Positions 51,447-61,168 are shown, numbered from the stretch's first letter. The stretch is 64,000 nucleotides of DNA from Candidatus Latescibacterota bacterium (GCA_965243025.1 CBDETY010000003.1:3360001-3424000); one strand, 5' to 3'. Made by a program: numbers and translations. The notes: generated by a model not told the origin, from the sequence alone.

Positions 51447-51489
51447 AAATGGAGAAGCATGGGGGGTCGAGATCGTTGACTGCCACTGA
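51447..51489 (+). pseudogene. higB: HigB toxin C-terminal remnant
   Basis: AWGVEIVDCH* resembles the HigB terminal VEIVDYH; rest of gene absent. Confidence 0.55.
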
Positions 51490-51497
51490 GGGGGCAA

Positions 51498-51877
51498 ATG
51501 AGTATGACCGTAAGAAGGGAAGAGCTCGACAGGCGAGAGATTGATTTCTCGGATGTGGCCTCCGGGCGGCAGCTGGCGCCGGTGCATCCCGGCGAGATTC
51601 TGCGCGATGAATTCCTGACTCCGATGGGGATCAGCGTGTACCGGCTTGCCCATGCGATCAATGTTTCGCGTCCGAGACTAACGATATTGTGCTGTGACGC
51701 CGTGGCGTCACCACAGATACCGCGCTCCGCCTTGGTCGCTATTTCGGCATGACCCCTGAGTTCTGGATCAATCTTCAGACGCGTTACGATCTGGATATCG
51801 CGGAGCGCACGATACGTCCCCAAATAGAGAAGGAGGTCGAACCTCATGCTGCCTTGGACGCGACCGTCCTGGATTGA
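51498..51877 (+). pseudogene. higA: HigA antitoxin with frameshift and internal stop
   Basis: PVHPGEILRDEFL; frameshift ~51679; TGA 51695-51697; continues TALRLGRYFGMTPEFWINLQTRYDL. Confidence 0.85.
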
Positions 51878-51985
51878 ACAGCAATTCTCGTCTTTGCACA
51901 GATGATGCCTTCCGCAATCGTCAAACGGCTGGCCGGGACCGGGCGAATCCTGGTTGAGTTGGGGTTTCGCCGGGAAAGGATCCTC

Positions 51986-52741
51986 ATGTTACGGCTTCTC
52001 CTGGTCGTCTTCTGTTGCATCGGTTCGGCCCACGCCGCCGACAATCCTCCGGCCCCCGGCTTCGACGCCGCCGGTTCCGACCCAGAAGCCATCGCCCTGG
52101 CGGACGAGGTCATGGCGGCGCTGGGGGGCCGCGCAAACTGGGATGCCACGCGCTACATCACCTGGCGCTTCTTCGGTTTCCGCCTGCACGTGTGGGACAA
52201 ATGGACCGGGGACATCCGCTTCGAGCAGGGGGATCTGACGGTGCTGATGAACATCCACAGCAGGGAGGGCCGCGCCTTCGCCGCCGGGGTGGAGATCAGC
52301 GATCCCGACACGGTGGCGGCCAGGCTCGAGCAGGGCTACCGCGCCTGGATCAACGACTCGTACTGGCTGGTCATGCCCTACAAGCTCAAGGACACCGGCG
52401 TCACCCTGCGCTATCGGGGACCGGAAGCCACCGGGGACGGGCGGGCGGCTGAAGTGCTGGAGCTCACGTTCAGGGACGTGGGGGTCACCCCGGAGAACAA
52501 ATACGCGGTCTGGATCGACCGGGAATCGAGGCTGGTGACCCAGTGGGCGTTCTACCGCGAGGCCGCCGACACGGAACCGGCCTTTACCGGCCCCTGGTCC
52601 AACTGGCGGCGGTACGGATCCATCCTGCTATCCGACGGCCGCGGCGAACGCCGGCATACCGATGTGGCGGTCTTCGACGAACTCCCGCGCTCGGTCTTCA
52701 CGAGTCCCGCTCCAGCTGCGTTGGTCGTGCCTTCGGAGTAA
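51986..52741 (+). CDS. Secreted hypothetical protein (LolA-like sorting fold suspected)
   Basis: Signal peptide AHA|A; A.GG...W, WINDSYWL.MP.KL.D.GV. Confidence 0.7.
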   Translation: MLRLLLVVFCCIGSAHAADNPPAPGFDAAGSDPEAIALADEVMAALGGRANWDATRYITWRFFGFRLHVWDKWTGDIRFEQGDLTVLMNIHSREGRAFAAGVEISDPDTVAARLEQGYRAWINDSYWLVMPYKLKDTGVTLRYRGPEATGDGRAAEVLELTFRDVGVTPENKYAVWIDRESRLVTQWAFYREAADTEPAFTGPWSNWRRYGSILLSDGRGERRHTDVAVFDELPRSVFTSPAPAALVVPSE

Positions 52742-52822
52742 CCCGGTCCCACGGCAAGGGTCCGGCGCACTTGATTCGACCTGTTTATGGTCCATATTCA
52801 GTCCGAACAAGGAGGTGGCCGC

Positions 52823-53098
52823 ATGAAGTTGTCCAGTAAGATCAAGCCGATCAGTTACCTCAAGGCTCACGCTGCCGAGATCGTGCGCACGCTCGGGGAC
52901 CAGCAGGAGCCCTTGATCATCACTCAGAATGGCGAAGCCAAGGCGGTCATGCAGGACATTGACAGCTACGAGCGGATGCAGGAGACCGTGGCGTTGCTCA
53001 AGATCCTCGCGCTGGGCAGCCGCCAGATCGAAGCGGGTCAGGTGCAACCCGCCGCCGAGGTGATCGCACGGCTCCGTGAGCGGCGACAGGCTCGGTGA
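52823..53098 (+). CDS. Phd/YefM antitoxin
   Basis: IKPISYLKAH, PLIITQNGEAKAV. Confidence 0.9.
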   Translation: MKLSSKIKPISYLKAHAAEIVRTLGDQQEPLIITQNGEAKAVMQDIDSYERMQETVALLKILALGSRQIEAGQVQPAAEVIARLRERRQAR

Positions 53099-53424
53099 AT
53101 TCCTTCACGGTCCACTTGACTGATGACGCGGCGCGAGACCTGGAGGAGATATTCGACTACATCGACCGGCATGATCTGCCGGGCCGGGCAGATTATGTGC
53201 TCGAGCGGATCGAGAAGGCATTCGGCCGTCTTTCCGACTTTCCCGAGCGGGGGAACTACCCCAGAGAACTGCTGGACCTCGGGATTCGGGAATACCGCGA
53301 GATCTCCTTCAAGCCCTACCGCATCATCTACCGGGTGATGGAAGAGGATGTCCATGTCCTCTTGATTGCCGATGGGCGACGTGACATGCAGACGCTGCTG
53401 CAACGGCGCATGTTGCAGGCTTGA
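53095..53424 (+). CDS. RelE/ParE toxin
   Basis: A.RDLEEI.DYI, FPERG, PYRIIY, DGRRD; overlaps antitoxin stop. Confidence 0.9.
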   Translation: MNSFTVHLTDDAARDLEEIFDYIDRHDLPGRADYVLERIEKAFGRLSDFPERGNYPRELLDLGIREYREISFKPYRIIYRVMEEDVHVLLIADGRRDMQTLLQRRMLQA

Positions 53425-53485
53425 AGTTCTACCCGACCTGACCTACGCTGAGTCTCCCTCTGCGTCCCCCTCGAACTTTACGCCC

Positions 53486-53887
53486 TCAACCCTGGTCGGA
53501 TACCCCCAGCAGGCTCCGGACCTCTGACAGCAACGCCTTCACGAGCGCTGACGCGTCGTCCATTTCAATACCATCGGCATCGTCCGGCGCCGCTTCGTAC
53601 CGGAACTCCACGGCATACGGCGTGAGATCCGCCAAACCCTCAAATAGTTCGACGGCAACGCCGCGATCCGAAAGAAAACCAAGCAACGTTCCGAGGTTGT
53701 GAGTCAGGGGGTACGTTTCGCCGAGCGCCGCCAACCAGGCTTTCATGCCCTTCTCGGCGGCCTGCTGCAGGTGGAATCCAATGGACTCGATCGGAGCGTC
53801 CGCGGTCATGCTGCGGACAGTCGTCAGGTCGCGATCAGCGGCCGCAAACAGCACCGCCGCACACTTAAGGTCGGGCGTTCCGGTCAT
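53486..53887 (-). CDS. HEPN-domain protein
   Basis: GFHLQQAAEK..KA, THNL, YAV.FRY. Confidence 0.88.
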   Translation of the reverse strand: MTGTPDLKCAAVLFAAADRDLTTVRSMTADAPIESIGFHLQQAAEKGMKAWLAALGETYPLTHNLGTLLGFLSDRGVAVELFEGLADLTPYAVEFRYEAAPDDADGIEMDDASALVKALLSEVRSLLGVSDQG

Positions 53888-54218
53888 AGAGAACCTTCCC
53901 TTCGCGCAGGCCCCGCGCCAGGACGTGGTTGAGCGAGTCCCGCCAGTAGTCCACATCCTCCCGGGAATAGACCAACACCTCGGCGGCGACGCGAAATCCG
54001 GCCAGTGCCCGATACAGCCTGGACAGTTCCTTGTGCCGGCTCCGATCCGGACCAAAGGGTTCTGTTTCCACGACGATCAGGTCGATGTCGGAGTCCTCGC
54101 GCTCCTCCCCGCGGGCGCGAGACCCGAACAGGATCACCTGTTCGGGGTTCACCTCGTCCACGAGGGCTTTCACCATCCCGTCGATGAGTTCGTCGGTCAC
54201 TGGTGTTTTCGCCGGCAT
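53865..54218 (-). CDS. Minimal nucleotidyltransferase (MNT)
   Basis: LFGSRARG....DSDIDL; overlaps HEPN start. Confidence 0.92.
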   Translation of the reverse strand: MPAKTPVTDELIDGMVKALVDEVNPEQVILFGSRARGEEREDSDIDLIVVETEPFGPDRSRHKELSRLYRALAGFRVAAEVLVYSREDVDYWRDSLNHVLARGLREGKVLYDRNARP

Positions 54219-54486
54219 CGTGGATCTACCCCCTTTTGTGATCCAGGTGGCAGGGTATGATTACAGTTGTACGCTTTGGAATATGCATTTGTTAAAAAAT
54301 GAAGCCCAGTTCTGGACCCGGGGTCAAAGCGCTCAAACGCCCGCAGGGGTCGGGTAAGGGCTCCCTGAGGACCTGAGTACAGAGTAGCCGTCGGAAACGC
54401 CCTGGCGATCTCCGCCTCGGTCGTCTCCTGACCCCTTCTGGCATCGGGTCCCCCTTACCCTGCTGACGAATCACCCCGAGCGATCC

Positions 54487-54549
54487 TTGACGTTTTCACT
54501 AATAATCCCATATTCACCGCATGCTGAAAAATGCGAAATCAGTGAAAAC
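54487..54549 (+). promoter_or_regulatory. Promoter and inverted-repeat operator of the AbiE-like operon
   Basis: TTGACG-N16-CATATT; IR GTTTTCACT (54492-54500) / AGTGAAAAC (54541-54549). Confidence 0.5.
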
Positions 54550-55630
54550 CATGGAAGTCCAGGCCGTGGACGCGGTTCGAGACCTTCTTGAGGATGTGCC
54601 GCACGTGGAGGTCGATTCAATCGAGTACGAACGAATGGTCGGGGGTGACTACGGTGTGGATGGGCTGATTGGAATCAGATACGCTGGTAAGGGCTATGCG
54701 CTGGTCATCGAAGTGAGGTCGAACGGAGCTCCCCGCCATGTCCGTTCCGGGGTCTACCTGCTCGAGAGCTGTGTTGGCCGTTTGCGCAGATCCGGTGAAG
54801 CGATTGGGGGCCGGCGCCTGATTCCAATTCTTGTCACCCCCTATCTGTCCCCGGAGTCGCGGGCGATCTGCAGGGATCACGATGTCGCCTACCTCGATCT
54901 TGTCGGAAACGCACAGCTCGCTTTCGACGCCGTCTACATCGAGCGCGCCGTCGCTGACAAGCCGAAGTCCGAGACCCGCGCCCTCCGGTCCATCTTCACC
55001 CCGAAGGCGGCAGCCATCCTGCGCGTCCTGCTGCGCGACCCGGACCGCGCGTGGCGTGTCACCGAGCTGGCCGCACAGGCCAATGCGAGCTATGGCCATG
55101 TGAGCAATGTCCGCAAAGCCCTGCTGGAACGGGAATGGCTCGAGGTCCGGGATGACGGCGCCGTTCTCATCCAGCCCGGCGCACTGCTGGAAACGTGGCG
55201 CGCCGGTTATAGTCGCCCTGCCGGTCGTTCCATTGCCGGATACACGCATCTGCACGGAAAGCAGCTTGACGAGCGGCTGCGGGGAGAGCTCAACCCGCAT
55301 GCCGAGCGCCCGCGCGCAATCTACTCGTTGAACTCCGCGGCGCAGTGGTTCGCCCCCTTCACCCGGACCGGCACGCAAACCTTCTATACCGACGAGCCCG
55401 GTGCCGGGGTGCTGAAGGAGAGGTTGGAACTGACCCCCGCCGCAAGGGGATCGAATGTGGTTCTCCACGTCCCGACGGATGAAAGCCTGTTCGACGACGC
55501 GAGCGAGCCTAGGCCGAGCGTGTTCTGTACCAGTCCGATCGTGACCTATCTCGATCTGTGGGCCGGCAATGAGCGTGAGCGCGAGGCTGCGGAACATCTC
55601 GCAGGTGAGTTCTTCCCATGGATGAAATAG
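54521..55630 (+). CDS. AbiEi-like type IV antitoxin/transcriptional regulator
   Basis: PY.S....C......YLDL.GN; wHTH (ELA..A..S.G.VS.V); P...YLDL....ER..EAAEHL. Confidence 0.75.
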   Translation: MLKNAKSVKTMEVQAVDAVRDLLEDVPHVEVDSIEYERMVGGDYGVDGLIGIRYAGKGYALVIEVRSNGAPRHVRSGVYLLESCVGRLRRSGEAIGGRRLIPILVTPYLSPESRAICRDHDVAYLDLVGNAQLAFDAVYIERAVADKPKSETRALRSIFTPKAAAILRVLLRDPDRAWRVTELAAQANASYGHVSNVRKALLEREWLEVRDDGAVLIQPGALLETWRAGYSRPAGRSIAGYTHLHGKQLDERLRGELNPHAERPRAIYSLNSAAQWFAPFTRTGTQTFYTDEPGAGVLKERLELTPAARGSNVVLHVPTDESLFDDASEPRPSVFCTSPIVTYLDLWAGNEREREAAEHLAGEFFPWMK

Positions 55631-56156
55631 AGCCGCAATTCGCCTCCGACTACGACGACCGCACTACCGTCGCCGTCAAATCCGTGTTGGTCGAGATCGG
55701 CCAAATCCTCGGAAGTTATCATGGCAAGTTCGCGGTGGTCGGTGGAGCCGTTCCCTGGCTGCTTCTGAGCGAAGCCGATATATGCCCGACGGCGGGGGCA
55801 ACCGCGTTCAAATCGCCGTCGCGTCCATTCCCGCCCTGCTGGCCATGAAGGGGTATGCAATCGCGAATCGGACCAAGCGAAAGGATGCCTACGACATCTA
55901 TTACTGCGTCCGCAACTTCCCGGGCGGCGTCGACGCCCTGGTCGCGGAGACCAAGCCGCTGCTCGAGGTCGAGACGGCGAGCAAGGGCTATCTCCAAATC
56001 TCGGAGAAGTTCCGGGACGTGAACGATTTCGGGCCCACCAGCGTGCGGCAGTTCGTCGAAGGATCCGACGTGCCCGGAGAGCTTACCGCCGACCAATGGC
56101 AGCAGGACGCCTTCGGTCAGGTAAATGCCTGGCTCTCGGGGCCAGGCTTGGGGTGA
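55618..56156 (+). pseudogene. AbiEii-like nucleotidyltransferase split by deletion/frameshift
   Basis: N-part VVGGAVPWLL, then frame change at ~55781 to LLAMKG...R.K.KDAYDI; the T.D.D catalytic middle is missing. Confidence 0.7.
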
Positions 56157-56159
56157 TCC

Positions 56160-57059
56160 ATGGCCGCCTCGTCCCATTCCAGGATCCGCTCCCTGGACAT
56201 ACCGATCATCGACAAGGTGTTCGACATGGAAGGCGGCTACGTTCTCAATTTCACCAATCTGACCTTCGCAGAGTTCTTTCGAGAGGAACTCGGCGTCGAT
56301 ATCGACATTCCACGTTGGGCAGTTCGGGGCGGGAGCAAGGCAAAGCGACTGCGCTTTTTCTTGCGCCAGGCAGACCGTCAATCGGCGCTCGATACCCTGA
56401 ATGCGTTGTGGGAATACCGCGGGGCGAGCAGCATCACTACGGACTATCCGGAACTCGACGATTCGGTACTCACCGCTTACTACCGCATCATCGAACGTCT
56501 CGGGGGCAACCCCCCGGAACCGGTGTCGCCCACAGCCGCGCATCGCAAACCACGAATTGACGAGGCCGCAACCTCTGCGCTCGCATCCCGCCTGGTCGAG
56601 GTTTCAAAAATGGATCCACAGCCGCGCGGCTATGCCTTCGAGAGGTTCCTGAAGGACTTTTTCGACGCCTATGGGTTGTCCGCGCGCGCATCCTTCCGGC
56701 TCACCGGAGAGCAGATCGACGGCAGTTTCATCCTTGGGGAGCAGACCTATTTGCTTGAGGCGAGATGGAGAAATGAAAAGGTCAACGTCGAAACGCTTCG
56801 TGCCTTCAACGCAAAGGTTGAGGACAAGGCAAGCTGGTCCCGCGGCCTGATCATCAGCCAGAGCGGTTTCACAACCGAGGGGCTGGAGGCTTTCGGGAGG
56901 GGCAAGAGCGTTGTATGCATGGATGGATTGGATCTGCATGAAGTCCTGTCAGGCAGGCTTGATCTGGCTGAGGTAATCGCCCTTAAAGTCAGGCGTGCGG
57001 CAGAAACCGGCGTGGCTTTCGTGCACGTACGCGATCTCAATGTATTGCCTGTCGTGTGA
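56160..57059 (+). CDS. Mrr-like PD-(D/E)xK restriction endonuclease with Abi-type N-terminal domain
   Basis: GGYVLNF...FAEFF, GSKAKRLR; RGYAFE.FL, EQIDG, LLEARW, S.SGFT. Confidence 0.8.
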   Translation: MAASSHSRIRSLDIPIIDKVFDMEGGYVLNFTNLTFAEFFREELGVDIDIPRWAVRGGSKAKRLRFFLRQADRQSALDTLNALWEYRGASSITTDYPELDDSVLTAYYRIIERLGGNPPEPVSPTAAHRKPRIDEAATSALASRLVEVSKMDPQPRGYAFERFLKDFFDAYGLSARASFRLTGEQIDGSFILGEQTYLLEARWRNEKVNVETLRAFNAKVEDKASWSRGLIISQSGFTTEGLEAFGRGKSVVCMDGLDLHEVLSGRLDLAEVIALKVRRAAETGVAFVHVRDLNVLPVV

Positions 57060-57274
57060 ACTTTAGCAAAGCTCCCTTGAACAACGAGCTTGGCCCGCCT
57101 CCGGGTCCGTGAAGAACACCCAGGGAGGTTGAATCGGTATTCGCGGCGACTATTCCCCAGGTGTCCCACACCGGCGGCGCATTCGCTTATCTCGGCGGCA
57201 CACACCGGTGAGACCAGCGGGCCCGCTACGGAAGATCAAGTCGGGTTTTCTCATTGCACTCCCACTTCTGCCTG

Positions 57275-60200
57275 AATGAGCCCTACCCGGACCCCATGGT
57301 CCCAGACCTGTCCAGCACCTCCCTACCCTGGTACCAGCGGGTCCGTCGGTCCCGCCCCGAGGGAAGCGCGGCATCTGAGTGCATCGACGCCGCCTTCGGG
57401 CGGCACGCAGGCAAGACTCCGGACCGGGCAATCCTCGTCGATGAGAGCCGCTACCTGACCTACGGGGAGCTGAGCTCCGGCATCGAGGCACGCGCCGCGG
57501 CCCTGCTGGAACGCTGCCAGGGTGGACCGCCACAGTCAGGTGTCGGCGTCCTGCTGGAGAACGACGCCGAGAAGGTCGTCACCTACTTCGCCTGCCTGAA
57601 GGCGGGGCTCCCCTACGTCCCCCTCGAACCGTCACCCGCGATTCTTGAGCAGGTGCTGACGCGCGCTCCCCTCGGTGTGCTGGTGAGCTCCCGGCGGTTC
57701 GCCCCGGTCCTGGCTGCCTCTCTCCCGGAAGACCTGCCCAGGACCTGGATCGAAGAGGAGGCGCCCCGGGAAAGCGCCGGTGCACCCTTTCCCGAGCCCG
57801 ACCCGCTGCGGACCGCCCACCTCGCCTTCACCTCGGGCACGCGGACGGGTATCCCCCGAATGGTCGCCACCGATCACGTGGGGTCGATGCTCTCGCACGC
57901 CTGGCGCTGCCGGCTCTGGCCGTTCGACCCGGCGAGGGACGTGGTGGGCTGCAACATCTTCGGCATCTGGGACGTGGTCCCGGCGCTGTGCCGGGGCGTG
58001 CCGGCCGTGCTGATTCCCGACGGGACCATGCGGGACCCGTTCGCCCTGGCCTCCGCCATCGTCCGCTTCGGTATCACGCGGATCATGATGACCCCGACCC
58101 TGCTGGGCGCCTGCCTCGACTGCGCCGAAGGCATCGAGGCGCTGCGGCGTCTGCGGCTGCTCGTTCTCTGCGGCGAGACCGCGGCGCCGGCCATCGTGCA
58201 GCGTGCCTGGGAAGCCCTGCCCGGGGTGCGCGTTGCCAATCTCTACTCGACGGCGGAATGCCACGATATCGCCGGGGGCGTGCTCATGCCCGGAAAAGCG
58301 GTCACCTGCGGGGTGGTCGCCGACTTCGCCGAGGTGCACCTGTGCGACCCGGACGACTCCCATCGCCTCGTGGAGGTGGGCAGCCCCGGCAGGGTCCTGG
58401 TGGGAGGCAGCGCCCTGGCGCGGGCAGTCCACGGCGCTGACGGGGACGGCGGCGGCTTTGTCGAGGTGGATCTGCCCGCTCCGGGCGGGGGCTGCCGCCG
58501 TACCCGGGTCTGGGATACCGGAGACCTCGGGGTGTTCCATCCCGGGGGCGAGCTCGAGATCCTGGGGCGTTGCGACAGCGGCCTCAAGATCCGCGGTTCC
58601 TGGGTGGAGCCCGGGGAGATCGAGGGGGCCCTCGAGCAGCACCCGCTCGTCCGGCGGGCCTGCGTCACGGCGGAGACCGACTCTCAGGGCCAGACGGAGC
58701 TGGTGGCTTACGTCGTCCCTGGGCAGGAGGGCCAGCACGCAGCAACGCTTGCCGGCCGGCTGCGGGATTTCGCCGCTTCCCGGCTGCCGCCGCAAAGCGT
58801 GCCGGGGAGGTTCGTCCCTGTGGGCGAGCTGCCGCTCCTGCCTTCCGGGAAGGTCGACCGGCGGCAGTTGCGGCTGGCGGAATCGGCCTCGGCAGTATCT
58901 CCGGTGAAAGCGCGGTCAGAGCCGGGCAATCTGCGGGAGCAGGTGCTCGCCGCTTTCAGGGAAGCCCTCGATGATCCGGAAATCGGCCCGGGTGACGACT
59001 TCGAGGCGAGCGGCGGCCACTCCCTCCGGGCGATCAGGCTCTGCGGGATTCTGCACGACGCGACCGGGCGGCGCGTGGCGGTCGGCGACCTCTACCGGCA
59101 CCCCACTCCATCAGGCCTGGCCCGCTTCCTGCGGGAACAGAAAGGGCTTCACCTGCCTCCCAAGTGGAGCCCGCCCGAGCTGGAGATCGAAACGCCTGTG
59201 GCGGAGCTCCCGGAACCGCGGACTCCTCCGCGGACCGTCCTGGTGACCGGGGCGACCGGCTTCCTTGGGGCGGCCCTGATGGACGCGCTGCTGCGGACGA
59301 CTTCCGTCGACGTGGTTGCCCTGGTCCGGGCCGGGGACAGCAGCGGTTCGCGGAGGCGCCTGGAAGAGGCGCTGGACCGGCATGGGAGGGCCGGCTTGCT
59401 CCTGCGGAACCCGGACCCGGCCTCGCATGAAATCACGGGGGATCACGAGAGAGCCGGCCCCGGGCCGGGGGGCAGTGAAGGGGGTGCTGAGCATCTACAG
59501 GAAATCCAGGAGGACATGCCGAAACCCGGGTCCGTGAACGAGGGCAATGGGGCTTTTCAAAGCGGCAAGCCGAAATCCCCGTCCGAGGCGACGGGCCCGG
59601 AAACGCATGCAAGGCATCCGCAGGAATTACCCGGAGACGCCCGGAAATCCCCTCACGGACCGGCCAGCCCGGGAAGCGGCGGGGAACGCCTGGAGACGAT
59701 TCCGGGGGACCTGTCGAAACCGCTGATGGGGCTCTCCCCCGAGGCTTTCGCCGCCCTGGCCGAAAAAATCGACGCCACCTTCCACCTCGCCGCCGACCTC
59801 GACGTCTTCGCATCCTACGCGGACCTCGAGCCCGCCAACGTCGGCGGCACCCGGGAAGTCCTGCGGCTCGCCTTCCAGGCAGGCGTTCCCGTCCATTGCG
59901 TCTCCTCGAGCGCGGTCTTCCCCCTGGGGACCTCCTGGCCGGAGGACACCTTCGGCCTGGACGCCATGCGCCCGCTGGCCGCGGACCTCGAAGCTTCGGG
60001 CGCCGACGGCTACTCCCTCTCCAAGTTCGCCGCCGAGCTGCTCGTCTGGGCGGCCTTCGAGCGGGGGCTGCCGGTATCCGTCGTGCGCATCCCCCACCTC
60101 ATCGGCCCCTACGCAAGCGAAAACAACGAACCCCGCGACCGCCTGACGGCAGCGGTGCGGGCCCTGGCGACCGCGGGGGTATTCCCCGAGGGGGACTGGA

Positions 60201-60589
60201 CCTGGCAGTTCGCTCCGGTGGAAGCGGTCTGCCGGGAGCTGCTTTCCCTGCTGGAGACAGGGCCGTCGAGGGACAGGCCGGTGCGCCATCTTTCGCTGGA
60301 GCCGCTGGGATCCGCCCAGATCCTGGACGGCCTGAGCAGCCTCGGGGTCGAGCCCGACCTCCTGCCGGCGCCGGCGCTGGCCAGCGCCCTGATGGCTGCC
60401 GCCCGGCCCCAAGCCGACCGGGAAACCCCGCCGGACGGTCCGGGATACCGGGCGGTATGCGCCGCGGCGCAACTCGTTCTCCAGTACGGCCCCCACGCCG
60501 CGCTGAACCTCTCAGATGCGCAGCTCCTCACGCCGAAGCCGATCCCCGGAGATCCCGCGGCCGTATTCCTCGCAGCCCTCGGCCAATAG
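57275..60589 (+). CDS. Stand-alone NRPS-like A-T-R enzyme (adenylation, thiolation, thioester reductase); start uncertain
   Basis: FTSGT..G.P, CGE, TGDL, KIRG, SGKVDR; PCP GGHSL; TGATGFLG, ANVGGT, Y..SK. Confidence 0.88.
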   Translation, partial: NEPYPDPMVPDLSSTSLPWYQRVRRSRPEGSAASECIDAAFGRHAGKTPDRAILVDESRYLTYGELSSGIEARAAALLERCQGGPPQSGVGVLLENDAEKVVTYFACLKAGLPYVPLEPSPAILEQVLTRAPLGVLVSSRRFAPVLAASLPEDLPRTWIEEEAPRESAGAPFPEPDPLRTAHLAFTSGTRTGIPRMVATDHVGSMLSHAWRCRLWPFDPARDVVGCNIFGIWDVVPALCRGVPAVLIPDGTMRDPFALASAIVRFGITRIMMTPTLLGACLDCAEGIEALRRLRLLVLCGETAAPAIVQRAWEALPGVRVANLYSTAECHDIAGGVLMPGKAVTCGVVADFAEVHLCDPDDSHRLVEVGSPGRVLVGGSALARAVHGADGDGGGFVEVDLPAPGGGCRRTRVWDTGDLGVFHPGGELEILGRCDSGLKIRGSWVEPGEIEGALEQHPLVRRACVTAETDSQGQTELVAYVVPGQEGQHAATLAGRLRDFAASRLPPQSVPGRFVPVGELPLLPSGKVDRRQLRLAESASAVSPVKARSEPGNLREQVLAAFREALDDPEIGPGDDFEASGGHSLRAIRLCGILHDATGRRVAVGDLYRHPTPSGLARFLREQKGLHLPPKWSPPELEIETPVAELPEPRTPPRTVLVTGATGFLGAALMDALLRTTSVDVVALVRAGDSSGSRRRLEEALDRHGRAGLLLRNPDPASHEITGDHERAGPGPGGSEGGAEHLQEIQEDMPKPGSVNEGNGAFQSGKPKSPSEATGPETHARHPQELPGDARKSPHGPASPGSGGERLETIPGDLSKPLMGLSPEAFAALAEKIDATFHLAADLDVFASYADLEPANVGGTREVLRLAFQAGVPVHCVSSSAVFPLGTSWPEDTFGLDAMRPLAADLEASGADGYSLSKFAAELLVWAAFERGLPVSVVRIPHLIGPYASENNEPRDRLTAAVRALATAGVFPEGDWTWQFAPVEAVCRELLSLLETGPSRDRPVRHLSLEPLGSAQILDGLSSLGVEPDLLPAPALASALMAAARPQADRETPPDGPGYRAVCAAAQLVLQYGPHAALNLSDAQLLTPKPIPGDPAAVFLAALGQ

Positions 60590-60955
60590 TTCGGTGGCAA
60601 TCCCTGCGGCCCGGTGAAATGATTGGAGTTGCTGGGGCCGCCCTCGCCATCGCGCCCGGGCCGGGAAATCACCGACCGTATTTTCCCAGGGCCTCGGCAA
60701 TCTGTGCTGCCGACATCCCGTATTCCCCGGGAACGGGTGAAGAAGACTTGGAACGCTCAGGGGGCCTTGCCGCACCCGGGCATGGGAAATCTTCGCCCTG
60801 CGTCCTGCGCGCGCCTCGGTGATTTGCCCGGCCGACATCCCGCATCTCCTGCGGCCGAGTGAAGTCATCCGGCTGCCCCGCCCTTGCGACCACGCCCGGG
60901 CCCCGGAAAAACCGCACCGAATTATCCCGCAGCCCTCGCCAATCAGTCAGGCGGA
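60541..60955. repeat. Degenerate tandem repeat, ~120-bp period, 4 units
   Basis: GGA(A/G)A..CG..TT.C..GCCTCG motif at 60577, 60692, 60814, 60934; GCCGACATCCCG shared by units 2 and 3. Confidence 0.55.
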
Positions 60956-61142
60956 AAATCTGCCTGACCGGACAACCGTTTCCTCGAAGCCCGTTGAACA
61001 ACCAGCCGGGGATTCGACCCGCTCTCTGCATGCGACCCTTCCTGAAGATCCGGCCCATATATTCGCCCAGCCTTCCATGCCGGCCCCTGACCTTCGCACA
61101 CGACCGTTAGCGCTGCGAGATCCGCTGCACTCTCTTTACGGA

Positions 61143-61168
61143 TAACCAGCGCCCGTAACCAGCGCCCG
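61143..61168. repeat. Perfect 13-bp tandem duplication
   Basis: TAACCAGCGCCCG x2. Confidence 0.8.

Noticed and set aside
51695-51697. In-frame TGA in higA as recoding or selenocysteine
   Set aside because: It co-occurs with a frameshift and a deleted toxin; pseudogenisation is simpler.
57275-60589. Secondary-metabolite gene cluster around the NRPS-like gene
   Set aside because: No condensation domain, tailoring enzymes or transporter adjacent.
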